A stretch of 64,000 bases of DNA from Malacoraja senta. Taxonomy: Eukaryota. The stretch is taken from the NCBI GenBank assembly GCA_038087875.1, contig CM075987.1, positions 18,414,001 through 18,478,000 on the forward strand, in the 5' to 3' direction. The notes below the pieces were generated by a model. The model was not told where the DNA came from. It made no database searches and saw only the letters and a list, made by a program, of their open reading frames with translations. Positions 1-13,254 of the stretch are shown here, piece after piece (within the stretch, counting starts at the first letter, position 1; each line of letters opens with the position of its first letter). Both the position numbers and the translations under genes were made by a program.

Positions 1-1539
1 GCATGCTACTTATCTGAACCAGCCAAGGTATGGATACTTAACAGAGTACCAAAGTGCACCTTGCAAGCTACGTGCACCAATGGCACTGCATTGACTGTAA
101 GCTTCTAGCTGTTTAGTATTGCTGCACCTGTCGTAAATGGAAATAGCAACAAATCAGAACGTAAAGAGCTTTTGCTAGGGCTGCTGAGACCAGAAAATAG
201 TTCTTGTGTGATCTATTTGGTAATTGTATGAGTCCACTTGAACAATAACGCTTTTGCATTTTGTTACATCTGCAAAACACCCAAACTACTAAAAAAAACT
301 CCAGCTGATGCAGAGCAAGAGCCTTGGGATAACTAATGACTCATTCAAGGATTCAGAACAGAACACTGCCAAATTCAAACTTAGCATTGAATGCATAAAT
401 GGTGATAAGTACCAGTTCAGACATACGTATAAAATAACTTGTCACCGAATTTTAAAACCTGCATGCATTTAGTATTTGGGTGTTGGCAATAACTCACTAA
501 GAATGATTTCCCTCCCACAATTAAACAGTGGGAGGACATTAATGATACTCTCATTCTGATTTAGTGTCAATTTATTCCACCTCCCCACTTCATTCCCCAC
601 TGGGGCCCCTCACTCTCCCAAGCTTGGCCTCTCTGCTGAATGAATATGTTGCAATACTACAGATGAAATGCCTTGATGTTTTTACATGAATTACAGTCAA
701 TCTGATCAGATTTCCGCAGATTGTTTGGTTTACAACTGGAGTAACAACATATCATTTTGGGGAGAAGCGAATTAAAAATTATTTTTAACAGCATCTATTT
801 TGTGCAATGCCATTCTTTAAAACAGAACTATCATTACATATTATATGAAAGTGTGTCTTTTTCATCACGTATTTTAAAGAGACCATTGAATTTGATACCT
901 GTTGCCTGTGATCTTCCAGTGCACCTCCCATTTTTCCAATTGCAGACAACATATTAAAGGATTGTTTTTACTTTTTTCTTGTACCTCTCAACTGTAATAT
1001 ATTGCTTTGAAAGAAAAGTGTCATAATTTTATACTGTTAAATGAAGTGTCCATGAATGTTAAAATCAGAAATAAATTGCTGCATGCAGCCAATGATTGAC
1101 TTTCAGGAAGAATTGTTACACTCATGTACTTTGTGATCCTTACGGCAAAACCAAGATCGTGATGTGCGACAAAACCAAAGGGTAAACAGAAAAGTCGCAG
1201 CAAACCCGATAGCAACTGTTGTGATGGAGATGAAAGTAACATTTAACGTCACAAGTTATAGGAGTAGAATTAGGCCATTCGGCCCATCGAGTCCACTCTG
1301 CTATTTAATCAATGCAATGTCGGGTGATGCTTCATTCAGACCGCTGATGATAGTTGGATCGTGCCCTGGCGAACTGGGGCTAAAATGATGGGCTTCAACT
1401 ACAAACAGGTACATGTTTTTGCGTTAGATATGACTCCAGCTGGAGGAGAGTATTTTGCTTCCGATTCTTTCGCTTCAGTTATCGCAGGGATCCTGTTTGA
1501 ATGGTTTAGTTAAACTGGTCGCACCAAAGCTATAACAAG

Positions 1540-1719
1540 AAGGTAGACACAAAAAGCTGGAGTAACTCAGCGGGACAGGCAGCATCTTTGGAGAGAAGGG
1601 ATCAGTGACGTTTCTGTCACCCATTCCTTCTCTCCAGAGATGCTGCCTGTCCCGCTGAGTTACTCCAGCTTTTTGTGTCTATCTTCGGTTTAAACCAGCA
1701 TCTGCAGTTTCTTCTTACA
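1540..1719. mobile_element. Short palindromic non-autonomous Penelope-derived element
   Basis: Inverted repeat of about 65 bp; flanked by the direct repeat CAAAGCTATAACAAG (1525-1539, 1720-1734); similar to the terminus of the PLE at 32403-32530. Confidence 0.75.
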
Positions 1720-2433
1720 CAAAGCTATAACAAGGTCTGGAATTGAATGGTCTTGAGAGAAACAAGAATCAGTGATTCATAACCTGTTGGTGATTGTAAG
1801 TAAGTGCTGCTTTCTTATGCAAAGGATGATACCTTCCAGCATTTAGCTGATGATTTGGAGCAAACTGATGATGGTAATTGGTTCCATTGGATATGTTTAG
1901 TCAGTTTTTCACACTGATTTGTTTCTTCAGCAAGACTTTCACTCTCCAGCTTCAGTGAGATGGGGATATTCAATGAACCTTCTCTTGCAACTCATTTAAA
2001 ATGCCGCATCCATTACTGGATATGTCAGGAATGCAATTTTTTTACGTAATGCATTGGATTATGGAATAATTTACTCTGCTTAAAGCCTGATGCTTCTGCT
2101 GTCTTGTAATATTATCATGAGATTGATCAGAACATTTGGTTCAGATCAAATTCTCCTCTTCTACACTTTGTAGACCAGGGTTGGCACGCGCCTTGACGAC
2201 AAGGTTAGAAATACGCCAGGACAGGGGACTGACAATAACCTCACAAATGGCCAGTCTTGAGTTGCAAGCCGTATTATTAATATATTCTGTTTTACAGTTT
2301 TGTAATGCTCCAGAATACAGTGAAAGTCATAAGGAAGGTGGATGTTATCTCACAGCCACTACACCTCTCAGGGACAAATGTGTCAGTGATAGATGAGTGA
2401 GAATGAAGTTGAGTGGATCTCCCCATGTTGGTT

Positions 2434-2838
2434 ACATAGATACATAGAAAATAGGTGCAGGAGTAGGCCATTTGGCCCTTCGAGCCTGCACCGCCATTCA
2501 ATATGATCATGGCTGATCATCCAACTCAGTATCCCGTACCTGCCTTCTCTCCATACCCCCTGATCCCTTTAGCCACAAGGGCCACATCTAACTCCCTCTT
2601 AAATATAGCCAATGAACTGGCCTCAACTACCCTCTGTGGCAGAGAGTTCCAGAGATTCACCACTCTCTGTGTGAAAAAGTTTTTCCTCATCTCGGTCTTA
2701 AAGGATTTCCCCCTTATCCTTAAGCTGTGACCCCTTGTCCTGGACTTCCCCAACATCGGGAACAATCTTCCTGCATCTAGCCTGTCCAACCCCATAAGAA
2801 TTTTGTACGTTTCTGTAAGATCCCCTCTCAATCTCCTC
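2434..2838 (-). mobile_element. CR1 LINE 3' fragment (young)
   Basis: ORF 2526..2843 encodes the CR1 ORF2 C-terminus (RRLRGDL..TRGHSLRI..FFTQRVVNLWNSLP); CATAGAAA-type tail. Confidence 0.9.
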
Positions 2839-3284
2839 ACCATCTGCCACAGCCCAGTCTAACAATGTCCAGAGTCAGTCCACCAACCCCATTATGCTAT
2901 CAACCTATGGTTGATGTTGGAATTTCACATCCAAAGTACTTTCTGTGCCTTTGCTATATCCAGTGGTTCATCCACTTGGTGTTTCTCACAGAGTCCACAG
3001 CTGAGGCTACAGGAAATGTCATTGGCAGGTGTATTCCTTGGGCCATTTAATTTACCACAGGTCTGAAGTTGTTATGGAGGAATTATACAACTGTACATTA
3101 GTGTGTCACCATCTTCAGCAGGTTTGTCCAATTGTTGGTGATGGAGAATGTCAGCTGTTACTTGATACATTTGTGAAATTGATTAGTTGATTACATGTTT
3201 GTACAGATGCAAACCTTGGGTAAGTCTCATTGCACAGAGAAGAGTACATTTAGTCTTTAAGTTCATAATCAAGCAATAACATTT

Positions 3285-3375
3285 TGAAGAAGGGTTTCGG
3301 CCCGAAACGTTGCCTATTTCCTTCGCTCCATAGATGCTGCTGCACCCGCTGAGTTTCTCCAGCATTTTTGTATAC
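3285..3375 (+). mobile_element. Short Penelope-derived insertion starting within a hammerhead motif
   Basis: TGAAGAAGGGTTTCGGCCCGAAACGTT; TSD CAATAACATTT (3274-3284, 3376-3386); lies just 3' of the gene B stop. Confidence 0.8.
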
Positions 3376-3451
3376 CAATAACATTTATAAAACTTGTAAA
3401 TAATTTGACCAAATTAAGTTGATGGGTGACTGAAGAAAATTAACGTGACTT

Positions 3452-5037
3452 TTAATCAAAATCCAATGTTTTCCTCAGATTATGAAACACGTCAATAACT
3501 GTGAGCTCGTCATCGGCTAAATGCTCTCCATGGGTGGGTGGGTTAAGCTTAACAAAGCGCTTGGGTAAATGGATATCCTTCCAGGTTCTGACCACAGTAA
3601 CTCCCTCATCCTTGGTTTGTATCTGATCAGGAGTTGGACTTCCATGGCTCTTTTCAGAGTGAACATTTGCCACCCTATTCCAGTCGACTCCTTCAGGTAC
3701 AGTTAGATTCCATTTCCCAAACCCTGTTCCAAATTCTCCCTTATAGAACCACCGGCTGTAAAATGGACTAAAGTGTGTCGATTTGAGTGCAGGATCAGAA
3801 GATTCAAATTGCTGTAGATTTTTATTTTTGACTGAGAGTGGAATCAAAATATTTTGCAGTTTAAGCTTATCCCTGCTCTCCCCATCACTGAGAATTGGCG
3901 AGTTTTGTGCTGCTTTATTCTGCATTTTCTTTTCTGCAGCTGGAAACTGCACCTCATCCATTAATTTAAAAACTGATTTGTACATTTTTTTGGAATAGTT
4001 TGTATTACCAAAATGCCTTTTGTGCAGATTGGAGTCTCTCCTTTCTTCTGCATTCCTATACAATAATTTCTCTGAATGTGTTGGGCATTGGATGTGTCCC
4101 TGTGGCTCCAAGTCCAATTTCATATTTGTTGAGGCTTTAGTTCTGGCAAAAGTATTTTGGAAACGTGGCTCAGATCTCTTGGTCCATTCCTCCAGATTAG
4201 TTCCTTGGTCTATTTTCCTGGTACTTGATTGCATGGGTGCACCAGTCTTTGAAGAGATCTTCTGTGAGAGGTTTGTCTCAGGCTGTTCTGAAACTGGAGC
4301 TGAATCAAGTGTTGTGATACTTTGTTTCCAAATCTCTTGACTCTGCACACTCCACGCGTAAGGCCAGCTAAATGATGCAGTTGCTGACCCAGCTTGGCTC
4401 CCTTTATCATCAGTAATTGTGTTGTTTGTTAAAGTTACACCACTGTTAGGTCCAGCAAAACTACCCACTAATGAAATGGGCGCTTTAGGGAGGGTGCTAT
4501 TTAACCCCAGTGTGTCTCCATCAGACTCTTTGCCGATAGGCATCTCTATTTCATTTAGCTTGGGTTCATCGTGAGCAAATATTAAAATGGGTCCGGGTGT
4601 CACGCCCGTTCTGGTTATAAATGATATGTTGTTTTCCACTTTCACTGCATCAGAGACATTGAACTCGGAGTCAGGTACTAACTTGGATCTTTTTGTTAAT
4701 TGAGAGCTTTCACTGTGATGCTTACTGCCTTGCAGCAAGTTGTGCTTTTGAGAGGTATTCAATATTGGTTCTTCACACTGATGGCTTTGGAGCAATGTCT
4801 GCTGATACTCAGGCAGTTCAACCCCAACGCTTCCTTCCATCTCAAGTTGTGGGGTATCATTTACTTTATGTTCATTAGAGGACTTGGACACTCGCAAGGC
4901 AGTTTTCTCTTCCTGTGACAGGATAACTTTGCATGGAGTATCTTCCTGCATTTTTTCTTGAAGTTTGCATTGGCCTTTCTTTGTTAACTTCAGGTTGTGA
5001 AGTGAATTGCTGGTGGCTGAGTGGATGGGCATTTTCT
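3452..5037 (-). CDS. Gene B exon 5 (long cytoplasmic tail, stop)
   Basis: The 526-aa ORF 3452..5032 is preceded directly by acceptor TTTTCCACAG|AG-AAA-ATG, in the phase needed to continue exon 4. Confidence 0.8.
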
Positions 5038-8000
5038 CTGTGGAAAATTAAAAATAAGGCATTAGCTGTTCAGGTGTTGTAGGTTAATATAACGTGCAGA
5101 CTCTCCATCAGTTATGCCCTCACCATGCTACTATAGACAAGTAAAATATAAATGCATCAATTGGTGTGACCTGATTTGACTTTCATAGGACAGTTGCTAT
5201 CTGGCCCAGGACAATATAGAGCCTAGAACAAACACTACACAGTACAAGAACAATGTCTGTGCTGAACGCGATGCCAAGTTAAACTAATCTCCTCTGCCTG
5301 CACCTGATCCATTCCCTGTATATATATATCCATGTACTTATCTAAAAGCCTTTTAAATACTTTTGTATCTGCATCCACCATTGTGTAAAAATGCTTGTCC
5401 CACACATCTCTTTTAAACTTAGTCCGCTCACCTTATACCTATGCACATTTCAACTCTGATAAAAAGGTTCTGACTGTCTACCCTATCTATGCCTCACATA
5501 ATTTATATACTTGTATCAGGTCTTCCCTCAACCTCAGAAGCTCCAGAAAAAACAATCCAAGTTTGTCAACACTCTCTTTATAATCGATACCCTGTAATCC
5601 AAGCAGCATTCTGGTACATGTCTTCCACACCTTCTCTAAAGCCCCCATATCTTTCCTGGAATGGGCCAACCTGAACTGAACACAATACTCCAACTGTGGC
5701 CTAGCCCAAGTACTATAAAGCTGCAACAGGACTTCTTGATGCAATGTCCCAACCGATGAAGGCAAATATACCATATAGGCTTCTTGTTTGTCATCTTGGG
5801 TTTGATGTTATTGCAAGGATCCATTTTGCACACATACAAAGAACAAATATTCCCAACAGCAACCTCTTAGACATAATATCTCTTGCAAATCTGATGATTG
5901 AATACAGTCATCAAAATCCACCTGCAAATTTAACTGCCCTACAAGTTAGAAAATGGCCAACCAAATTAAAAATGAATCTATTACCTCTTTCAGTATTTCC
6001 CCAGCTTCTTCCTTTTCCTTCATTCATGATCGCACTGCTAACAATGACTGTCCTTTCATTCTGTATGTGTACAACATTAGCTGCTTGAAGTAAACTGGGT
6101 AACGTTTTACAGGGTCGTAGTCCCTTGTACTTCCCTGCATTGTTTTCCCTGATCTCTCTTTCCATGGCCATCCATGATTCTGTGGGGATCTTTAAAGGTT
6201 CTCCCCCTTGCTCCACTTGGTTACCCTTAACGTTTTCTGTCTCATTGATCATCTGATGTGAAGCAATCACAGAGAGATTGGCAATCAGATCGCTGGCATC
6301 CAATTCCACTGGTGCTTCACTTGATCTTTTTGTTTGTAATGTTCCCTTTGCCTCATTGCTGTCCGTCTTGCGACTCTTCGGGTTTTGCGATCTCCTCCCC
6401 AGCCAGGTAACCAGCCAGATAGCTCCGACCAGTAAACATCCACCTAGGATGGAAAGATCACAGAATCCTGGATTATTGTGCAATAAAAGAAACAATGCCA
6501 CAGCTGCAAAATGAAGTGTAGAAAATACTTTATCGCTCAGAGTTTTCCAAGTGTAGCCGAGTCGTATCCTTTCAAGGCAGTTCCAATTTATGTCAAATAT
6601 CTCTCAAGGCAGGCTTATCCTGCTTGTGCACATTAGGCCTCAATGTTTAGGAGCTCTTGTCTCCTTACTGGCAAACCTACTTTGAATATTTAAACCACTG
6701 TAAAATATAACAGAGTACCATGGCATTTTAGTAAGAGAATGAATAAGAGGGAAATTAAATACTGTATTATCTCCTTGTGGAACAAAATTGTTTTGAGACT
6801 CATTATAATGACAAGAAACAGCCCAACTGTGGGGAACTGACTTCCTATATTTCAATTGTACATAATGATTGGGTCTATGAAATAATCAAATAGACAAAAA
6901 TAGTTAGAGGCTGAAAATGTGGGATAAGGTGCCAAGCAGAGCCAACCAGCACAGAAACTGTCTCTTCGATACACTGTGGCACCCATTTACCCAGGTTGAG
7001 TCTGCAGTCTTGTGTAGTTGCTGATGAAAGGGCATGACTGTGTATCATCAGTAACTGTCAGTCCACTGTGTTTGCTCAGGCCTGCGGGAACAGCAAGGCG
7101 CAAGCACTGATAAGATCTGAATGGAACCTTCTGAACTATTAATTTGAAGGAGGCCAAAGCAATCTTGTTCAAATTCTCACCTACAAATAGCACCTACAAT
7201 GTCTGAGGCAGCAATCGTAAGAGAAGGTGGCGGGCCAAGAAGATAAGATCCAATTGGAGAGATTAGGATCGAGATCGGTGATGAAAGAATGTAATTATCA
7301 AAATTCACCTGCAAACATGACTCCCTTGTAAATCAGAATATGGCTGACAAAATTGGGAATCAATCCATCACCTCTCTCAGTATCTCCTCTGCAGTCCGGC
7401 CCAATTTCATACATAAACAAATCATTGTGCCATGTTGCAACCACCTCACATTTGGTCCCCGTTCTATACTTGACTTCAGCAGTCCTTTACCTTCTGGACT
7501 ATGAAATATTTAAAAAGACCGAGTACATTCACCTACTAACAAATATAGGCTGAACTTTGAAGGGCTGTTGACCAGACCAAGACCATTGTTTAAAATTCAT
7601 AGAATTCCCAGATTATTAACTGTTTCCCCCACCTCCATAGATAAACATGTCCCATTGTTGAATTATTAACTTATTTTAATTTACAATTGTTTAAAAAATA
7701 TTGTATAAACTATGCCATTAACTGTTTTTAAAATACAGTAGTTTAACATGTAAATAATCAGATGCAAAGAATCCGTTAGTGCTACACAGACTTCCAGCTC
7801 ACATACAGTGTTGCTTTTAGTCCACAGACATTTGAACCCAATTTGAAAGGGTTTAGAAACAAAGACCACTTTGAATATTTGCCTCTGGAAGGACATTCAT
7901 CATTAACAATTTCAGCCAAGTTGCTTACTAATAATGATCTTTATTTCCTTACAGTCATTGGCCAAAAACGACTCAAATTCCTATGATCATATAACTTAGT

Positions 8001-10920
8001 GGCCAATGCACCTACCATCTCTGGGATGTTATATTTGAGATTGTAAAAAAGTAATATATTCTCACCAATGAATCCATAAAGCACAGCTTGAGCACCTGGG
8101 GCAGGAGTGACGTGTGAGGCTGTAGTTGTTGGCACTGGGGTTGTGGTTGAGCATTCAGTGGAATGCAGGTCCAGGATGAGTTTTCCTTTCAGTGGGGACG
8201 GGTTCTCACACACGAGACTACCTGCATCCTCCACAGCCTTTCGCCGTGATTCCAGCAGCATCATCAACTGGCAGCTGCACTCCCAGGGATTGCAATGCAA
8301 CTGCATCTTCTGCACAGACTCGGGGACAGTAGCCAATGTCATAAGCTGGTTGCCATACAGATTCAGCTTCGTCAGATTGTGAAAGGGTTCAAAGGCATCG
8401 CTGGCAATGAAAACAAGCTTGTTGTTAGACAAATCCAGCTCATAGAGGGCTCCCAGGCCGCAGAATGTGTCTGTGAATATGTATTGGATGAGGTTCCTAG
8501 ATGCATTAAGTATTTTCAGCAGCCTCAGTGTTGCAAATATGCGCGGCGGGAGATAGGAGATCTTATTTGATTGCACATTTAATGTGTGAAGCGAGGCCAG
8601 GTCTGCAAACCAGGGTGCCTTCAGCACATCCAGGTCATTTTGGAACAGGTTGAGTGTGGTCAGATTTGACAGGCCCATGAAGGCTGAGCTTTCCACGTTG
8701 CAACTGGAGAGATTGTTTCCGGTGAGTTCCAGCAGCTGCAGGCTGCTCTGTCCGCCCACTGACCCATAGAAGGCGTGGCTGGAAAGCGAGAGCCTGAACT
8801 CAGTGATGGACATGTAGTGCAGGTTGGAGAAGTTCTGCAAAGCTCTTGGTTCAATCCTTGCGACTTGTGACAATCCTTGCCCCTGAAGCAAGATCGTTTG
8901 CATAGACTTTGGTAAATCTGTAAGCACTTACACAAAGAGACAAGAGGATAAATGAATACTAATTTTCAGGAGCCATTCACTTCCACTGGTCCCCACTGAC
9001 ATTTCGCCTCCTCCCACCCTCCAGGTATCAGCATGACTGTCTAAACTGCTGGTTCCCAACCTCTGGCCATGGACCACAATTGGGCAGTGAAGGATCGACA
9101 CTGGGTCATGCAGGGATTCAAAATTGTTGAAAATTATAGCAAAGGTTGGTGGAAAAGTCCAGCAAAAGACATGAAACTGGTTTGTCACACAGCTTTGCTG
9201 CTCTTGTGTAAGATTTAGCACACAACGAGCAGGAGAATTCAAGGTCGTTGCCATATTCATTGCGAGTCTGTGAGTGAATCCTTCCAGGTTTTTCCAAGCC
9301 CATTAACAGAATTCTTTCCCCTCTTATTTCATCCTTTAATTTTGTTTTCAATTTTTTTTAACAATTATTTAATTTTGTGATTGACAAGGTTGCAAACTCA
9401 AATCATTTTGACAGAATTATCAATTTATTTAACCACACCATCTTAAAATACTAAATTTTGCTCAAGAATGATAAAGGTCAGGAGCCACTGGTCTGAACCA
9501 TCCTCCCTCTTACGCTTGCTTACCCAAGGAACCTACCTATGCCTCTAACTCCTGTTGAAATCCCCACTTACCTGGTTGCAGTGAAGGCAGAGACTTACAA
9601 TTGGCCACACCTTCAGCACAGGTGCAGAAACTGGGACAGTGCTGAGCAGCAGCGGACAGTAGCACTGCAACGAGACACAGGAACACAAAAATATCTGTTG
9701 AGAGACACAAAAGGGATGTGGGAGTCTAGTGCCAATGTGTAATCCACCATTTAATTAGATCTTGGCTAACCTTCACTTTTTTCACCCACCATTGTTACAA
9801 AGATATATATTTTGCCAAACCAAGGTCTATCACTTAATTTCCTATCTACAGCTTATGGGTGGGAGAGAATTGCCAATTTCCACAGCTTTTGTCCTAGGAA
9901 ATAAGCTTCCTGATATCACCCCTGTATTTAAGATGATGCCTCCTTATTCTGAAATTTTACAGTAACCAGTTTAATGAGGTCATAACTTTAATTACATGAA
10001 CTTAAAATAGTAGACAATGTTCAATGTTAATGGCTGATTGGACCCAAATTCCTGCCCAACTCCACTAACCCCGTTTCTAAGTGTACAACTGCAACATAAT
10101 AACCCATTTTTTATGCTCGATGGCACAACAGGTGTACTAAATTCCACTTTTTCCTATCCCATCTACCTGTGTTACCATTTCAGGGAGCTATGTACTTGCA
10201 CAAATAGGTCTCTCTGTACATCAACATTGCCAAGATTCCTGCCATTTACTTTACATGCCCTGCCAGAAAGTGGCTGCCCAAAATGCTACACCACACATTT
10301 ACCTGGTTCCATCTGCTACTGCTCTGCCTATCTTTCCAGCTGACCCATGTCCCACTTTCTTCACCACCTAGAACTCCACCAATTTTCATGTTGTCTGCAA
10401 ACTCACTAATTATATCCCCTATATTCTCATCCAACTCGTTTATATACATACACATTCAATACAACATAGATCCCAATCCCTGCGCTACACCACTTGTGAG
10501 ATCTCCAGTCAGATAAACTTCCTCTAACCTTAAAGCTATTGTCTTCAGTGCTGGACATTTCCACTCCAGGGAAAAGGTTCTGACCGTCTGCACTGTCTAT
10601 GCCTCTTATAATTTTATATACTTCAATCAGGTCTCCCCTCAGCCTCCAACACTCCAGAGAAAAATATCTAAGCTTTTCCAACGTCATAGCTAATGCCCGT
10701 TAATCCAGGCAGCATCTTGAGAAACCTTTTCTGCACCCTCTCCTAAACCTCCACATCCTTCCTGTAATGGGACAACCATGCAAACATAACATGTAAAAAA
10801 AAAGTGAAGTGCGCTGGAGTATAAATGTTCTGGAAAAGCTGCAGAACCACAGAAATATGAAATAATGAATATAAAGGTATGATTGTACTTACTGTTCATC
10901 TTTCTCCTATAAACAGTCAT
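3452..10920 (-). CDS. LRR single-pass transmembrane receptor gene B, complete 5-exon CDS join(10893-10920,9572-9694,8066-8926,5985-6443,3452-5037), 1018 aa
   Basis: All four introns are GT-AG and phase 1, and the exons sum to 3057 nt without an internal stop. Product: signal peptide (MTVYRRKMNNIFVFLCLVAVLLSAAA), LRRNT (CPSFCTC..C), about 9 LRRs, LRRCT (NPWECSCQL..C..C), Thr/Pro stalk, TM (AVLYGFIGGCLLVGAIWLVTWLG-RR) and a tail of roughly 660 aa. Confidence 0.8.
5214..5785 (-). mobile_element. Degenerate CR1 LINE fragment
   Basis: ORF 5487..5774 has LYSTWARPQLEYCVQF..LRLREDLIQVYK. Confidence 0.8.
5985..6443 (-). CDS. Gene B exon 4 (TM + juxtamembrane tail)
   Basis: Lies in ORF 5911..6501. 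Acceptor TTTCCATCCTAG|; GCLLVGAIWLVTWLG is followed by an RR stop-transfer; donor G|GTAATA is in phase with exon 5. Confidence 0.8.
8066..8926 (-). CDS. Gene B exon 3 (LRR array, LRRCT, Thr-rich stalk, start of TM)
   Basis: Lies in ORF 7941..8927. LxxLxLxxN repeats (LQLLELTGN, LTTLNLFQN, LYELDLSNN, LTKLNLYGN) and NPWECSC; acceptor TTTGTGTAAG|, donor G|GTGAGA. Confidence 0.92.
9572..9694 (-). CDS. Gene B exon 2 (signal peptide + LRRNT)
   Basis: Acceptor CTCAACAG|, encodes IFVFLCLVAVLLSAAAQHCPSFCTCAEGVANCKSLPSLQP, donor G|GTAAGT. Not in the ORF track. Confidence 0.85.
10030..10780 (-). mobile_element. Degenerate CR1 LINE fragments
   Basis: Peptides YINELDE..ISEFADNMKIGG (RT motif) and FSLECWRLRGDLIEVYKI. 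Confidence 0.8.
10893..10920 (-). CDS. Gene B exon 1 (start, MTVYRRKMN)
   Basis: ATG at 10920, then a perfect A|GTAAGT donor. Phase 1 matches exon 2. The second ATG in the exon is an alternative start. Confidence 0.6.
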
Positions 10921-11156
10921 TTCACAGAATGGAATTCCATCAGCTTCTCCAAGACCGTTTCAGATCTGTTCTCCACCGTCTGCTGCGTCTGGTGATTGTT
11001 GTCTGATGGCAGGTACCTGGGATTCTCAATAACTGCAGCATTTATTCTCAGATGGTCTCTGCTTCAGTGCAGATGTTAATGAGCCATGTTACAAGATATA
11101 AACATTAACAGTGTTGACAGCCCCTAGAGCGGCAGGAAGGCGGGCAAATTGGGACT

Positions 11157-11178
11157 GGGCATGAGTCATGACATGTCC
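11157..11178. promoter_or_regulatory. Overlapping AP-1 / p53-p63-like element upstream of gene B
   Basis: GGGCATGAGT-CA-TGACATGTCC (two imperfect RRRCWWGYYY half-sites) contains a perfect TGAGTCA; about 240 bp upstream of the gene B ATG. Confidence 0.3.
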
Positions 11179-12856
11179 TGATATTCTTAATTACTTTAGT
11201 TAATGAGTTAAATAACTGATCAGAACCTCAAGGAGCCTGTAGCAGGAATCTGAAAGGTTTAATGAGCAAATAGCTCTCCCACGACACTGTTTAAGATCGT
11301 TGCTTAGTTGCTAAACTGAGCTGTCTAAGATGATAACTATCACTATCTGAGGTACGTACATACCTAGTCAACTTGCTTTATCTATTTAATGCTAGTTCCT
11401 CACCATTTTCTCCTTATCACTACAACCATAGGAGAGAGTTTGTCCTTTCTAATTACATCAATGGACTTTGCCGATAATAGAGTACAAGATTGACTTTAAA
11501 GCACTTTAGTTCAGATTGTAGTTTGAGTTTAGCTTGATTGTATTATGTATGGTATTTATCTGATCCGATTGGACAGCATGCAAAACAAAGCTTTCCAATG
11601 TACCCCAGTACACGTGGCAATAATAGATCTGAAAGCTCAAGGGAAACTTTAAAAACTAACCACCAAAATGATTTAAATAATTATTTTTTTTGCAGATGTG
11701 AGGACGGAGGGAAGTAAATGTTGGTGTTGGGGGGCAGTGAGATTGAGAGTGATGAGAGGAGGTGGGTCGGGGGGGGGGGGGGGGGAGAGAGAAAAAGAGA
11801 GAGATTAAATGTTCCTGGGCAGTTTGATCAGGATTTTATCTCAATATGTTGAAGGAGACTTTAAACAAAATCACTGCACATCACATTCCCCAGAAAGCCA
11901 TACTTGCAATTTTCAAAGTTACCTTTGTATTGAAACAAGCATACACATGTAGTCAGGAGAAGAAATTATGAAGGAAAAACACAGGCCACACTAAAGGCAC
12001 AGTATATTTCAACTAAAGCAAATCATTTATTGCAAAGTAATACAGAAATTACAAAGAGAAACAAAACAAAAAATCACAATTAAGCATACGTATTCATTTA
12101 AATTTTAAGGAAATACTAGCATTTTTATAATACTCTTTTCAAATCTAATCATGAATGAAAATTATTATTTTCATAATTAAAAATCTTCTACTATTAACAT
12201 GATAAAAATTCAATTCACCATAATAATCCATGAATGTGGCATGCTGCCTCAGTTAGGATAAATTTGATCGATTATAGTCCTAACATGAGCAACAAGGGGC
12301 AAAGCCGTTTTCTAGGTGACTTGCAAGTTTGACATAACTGCTTTAAAGCACAAATGAGGCAATTATTTTTCTCTCCGAAGGTCGAGAGTGACCACAAAAT
12401 TACTGAATTATTGTAAAGACACATCTCTCATACCACAGTAAAACAAGTCTGCTTTCCTTAACCAATCCGGAACATATGTGACTTTAGCCTCAACAGCTTA
12501 GCTCCTCAACACAACACAGAGCCTCAACAGCAGCAAATGGGCAAACTCGTTACAGTTAATGATACCAGATCCCATAATTGAATAAAAATTGTAATCATGA
12601 ACCACTCACCGTATGTTGAAAAGTGAAGTGGTTCTGGGCTTCGGGCCGATGCAGCTCATTGAATCTGTTGGTGAATGGTGACGTGCAGATACAGAGTAGC
12701 CATAGGGTTTGTTCACCTAGTGACACTGAGGACAAAAGCTGCCAAATCTGCTAAGATTCTTTTTCTAAAAAGCCAAAAATTTACCTAAAAATTGGGAGGA
12801 GCCATTTAACTTTAAAATATGTTAAAGATTTGGGCACATGTTGAAGACTTCACTCA

Positions 12857-13013
12857 ACATAGAAACATAGAAAATAGGTGCAGGAGTAGGCCATTCGGCC
12901 CTCCATTCAATATGATCATGGCTGATCATCCAAAATCAGTACCCCGTTCCTGCTTTCTCCCCATATCCCTTGATTCCGTTTGCCCTAAGAGCTAAATCTA
13001 ACTCTCTCTTGAA
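12857..13013 (-). mobile_element. CR1 3' end
   Basis: Near-identical to the 3' end of the element at 2434-2600, with CATAGAAA tail. Confidence 0.85.
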
Positions 13014-13137
13014 AATTAGCTCTTAACCCGCACTATTTGACTAAGTCTCAAGGGTACTGCAACTAAAGCATGACTGGTCAACCTTGCTATGTCCCAGAAA
13101 CCAATTATTACAAACCCGAACATTGCTTCACAAGTGA

Positions 13138-13222
13138 GGGGCGGCACAGTGATGCAGCGGTTGTTGCTGCCTCATGGTGCAAGAGATCTGGGTTCGATCC
13201 TGACTACGGGTGCTGTTTGTAC
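13138..13222 (+). mobile_element. tRNA-derived SINE head
   Basis: A-box-like GTGATGCAGCGG and B box GGTTCGATCC. Confidence 0.7.
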
Positions 13223-13248
13223 ATTTTGACATTTTGAAAAGTAAAACA

Positions 13249-13254
13249 TTTATT
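13249..13254 (-). terminator. Candidate poly(A) signal of gene A
   Basis: AATAAA on the minus strand about 900 nt after the stop, followed by U/GU-rich sequence. A second AATAAA lies at 12026-12031. Confidence 0.35.

Noticed and set aside
6990-7082. Possible extra gene B exon (acceptor TTCCCGCAG, donor GG|GTAAAT)
   Set aside because: It would start in phase 1 but end in phase 2, breaking the frame and interrupting the TM helix; no supporting protein similarity.
13138-13222. tRNA gene
   Set aside because: A and B boxes are present, but there is no full cloverleaf or terminator; it is a SINE head.
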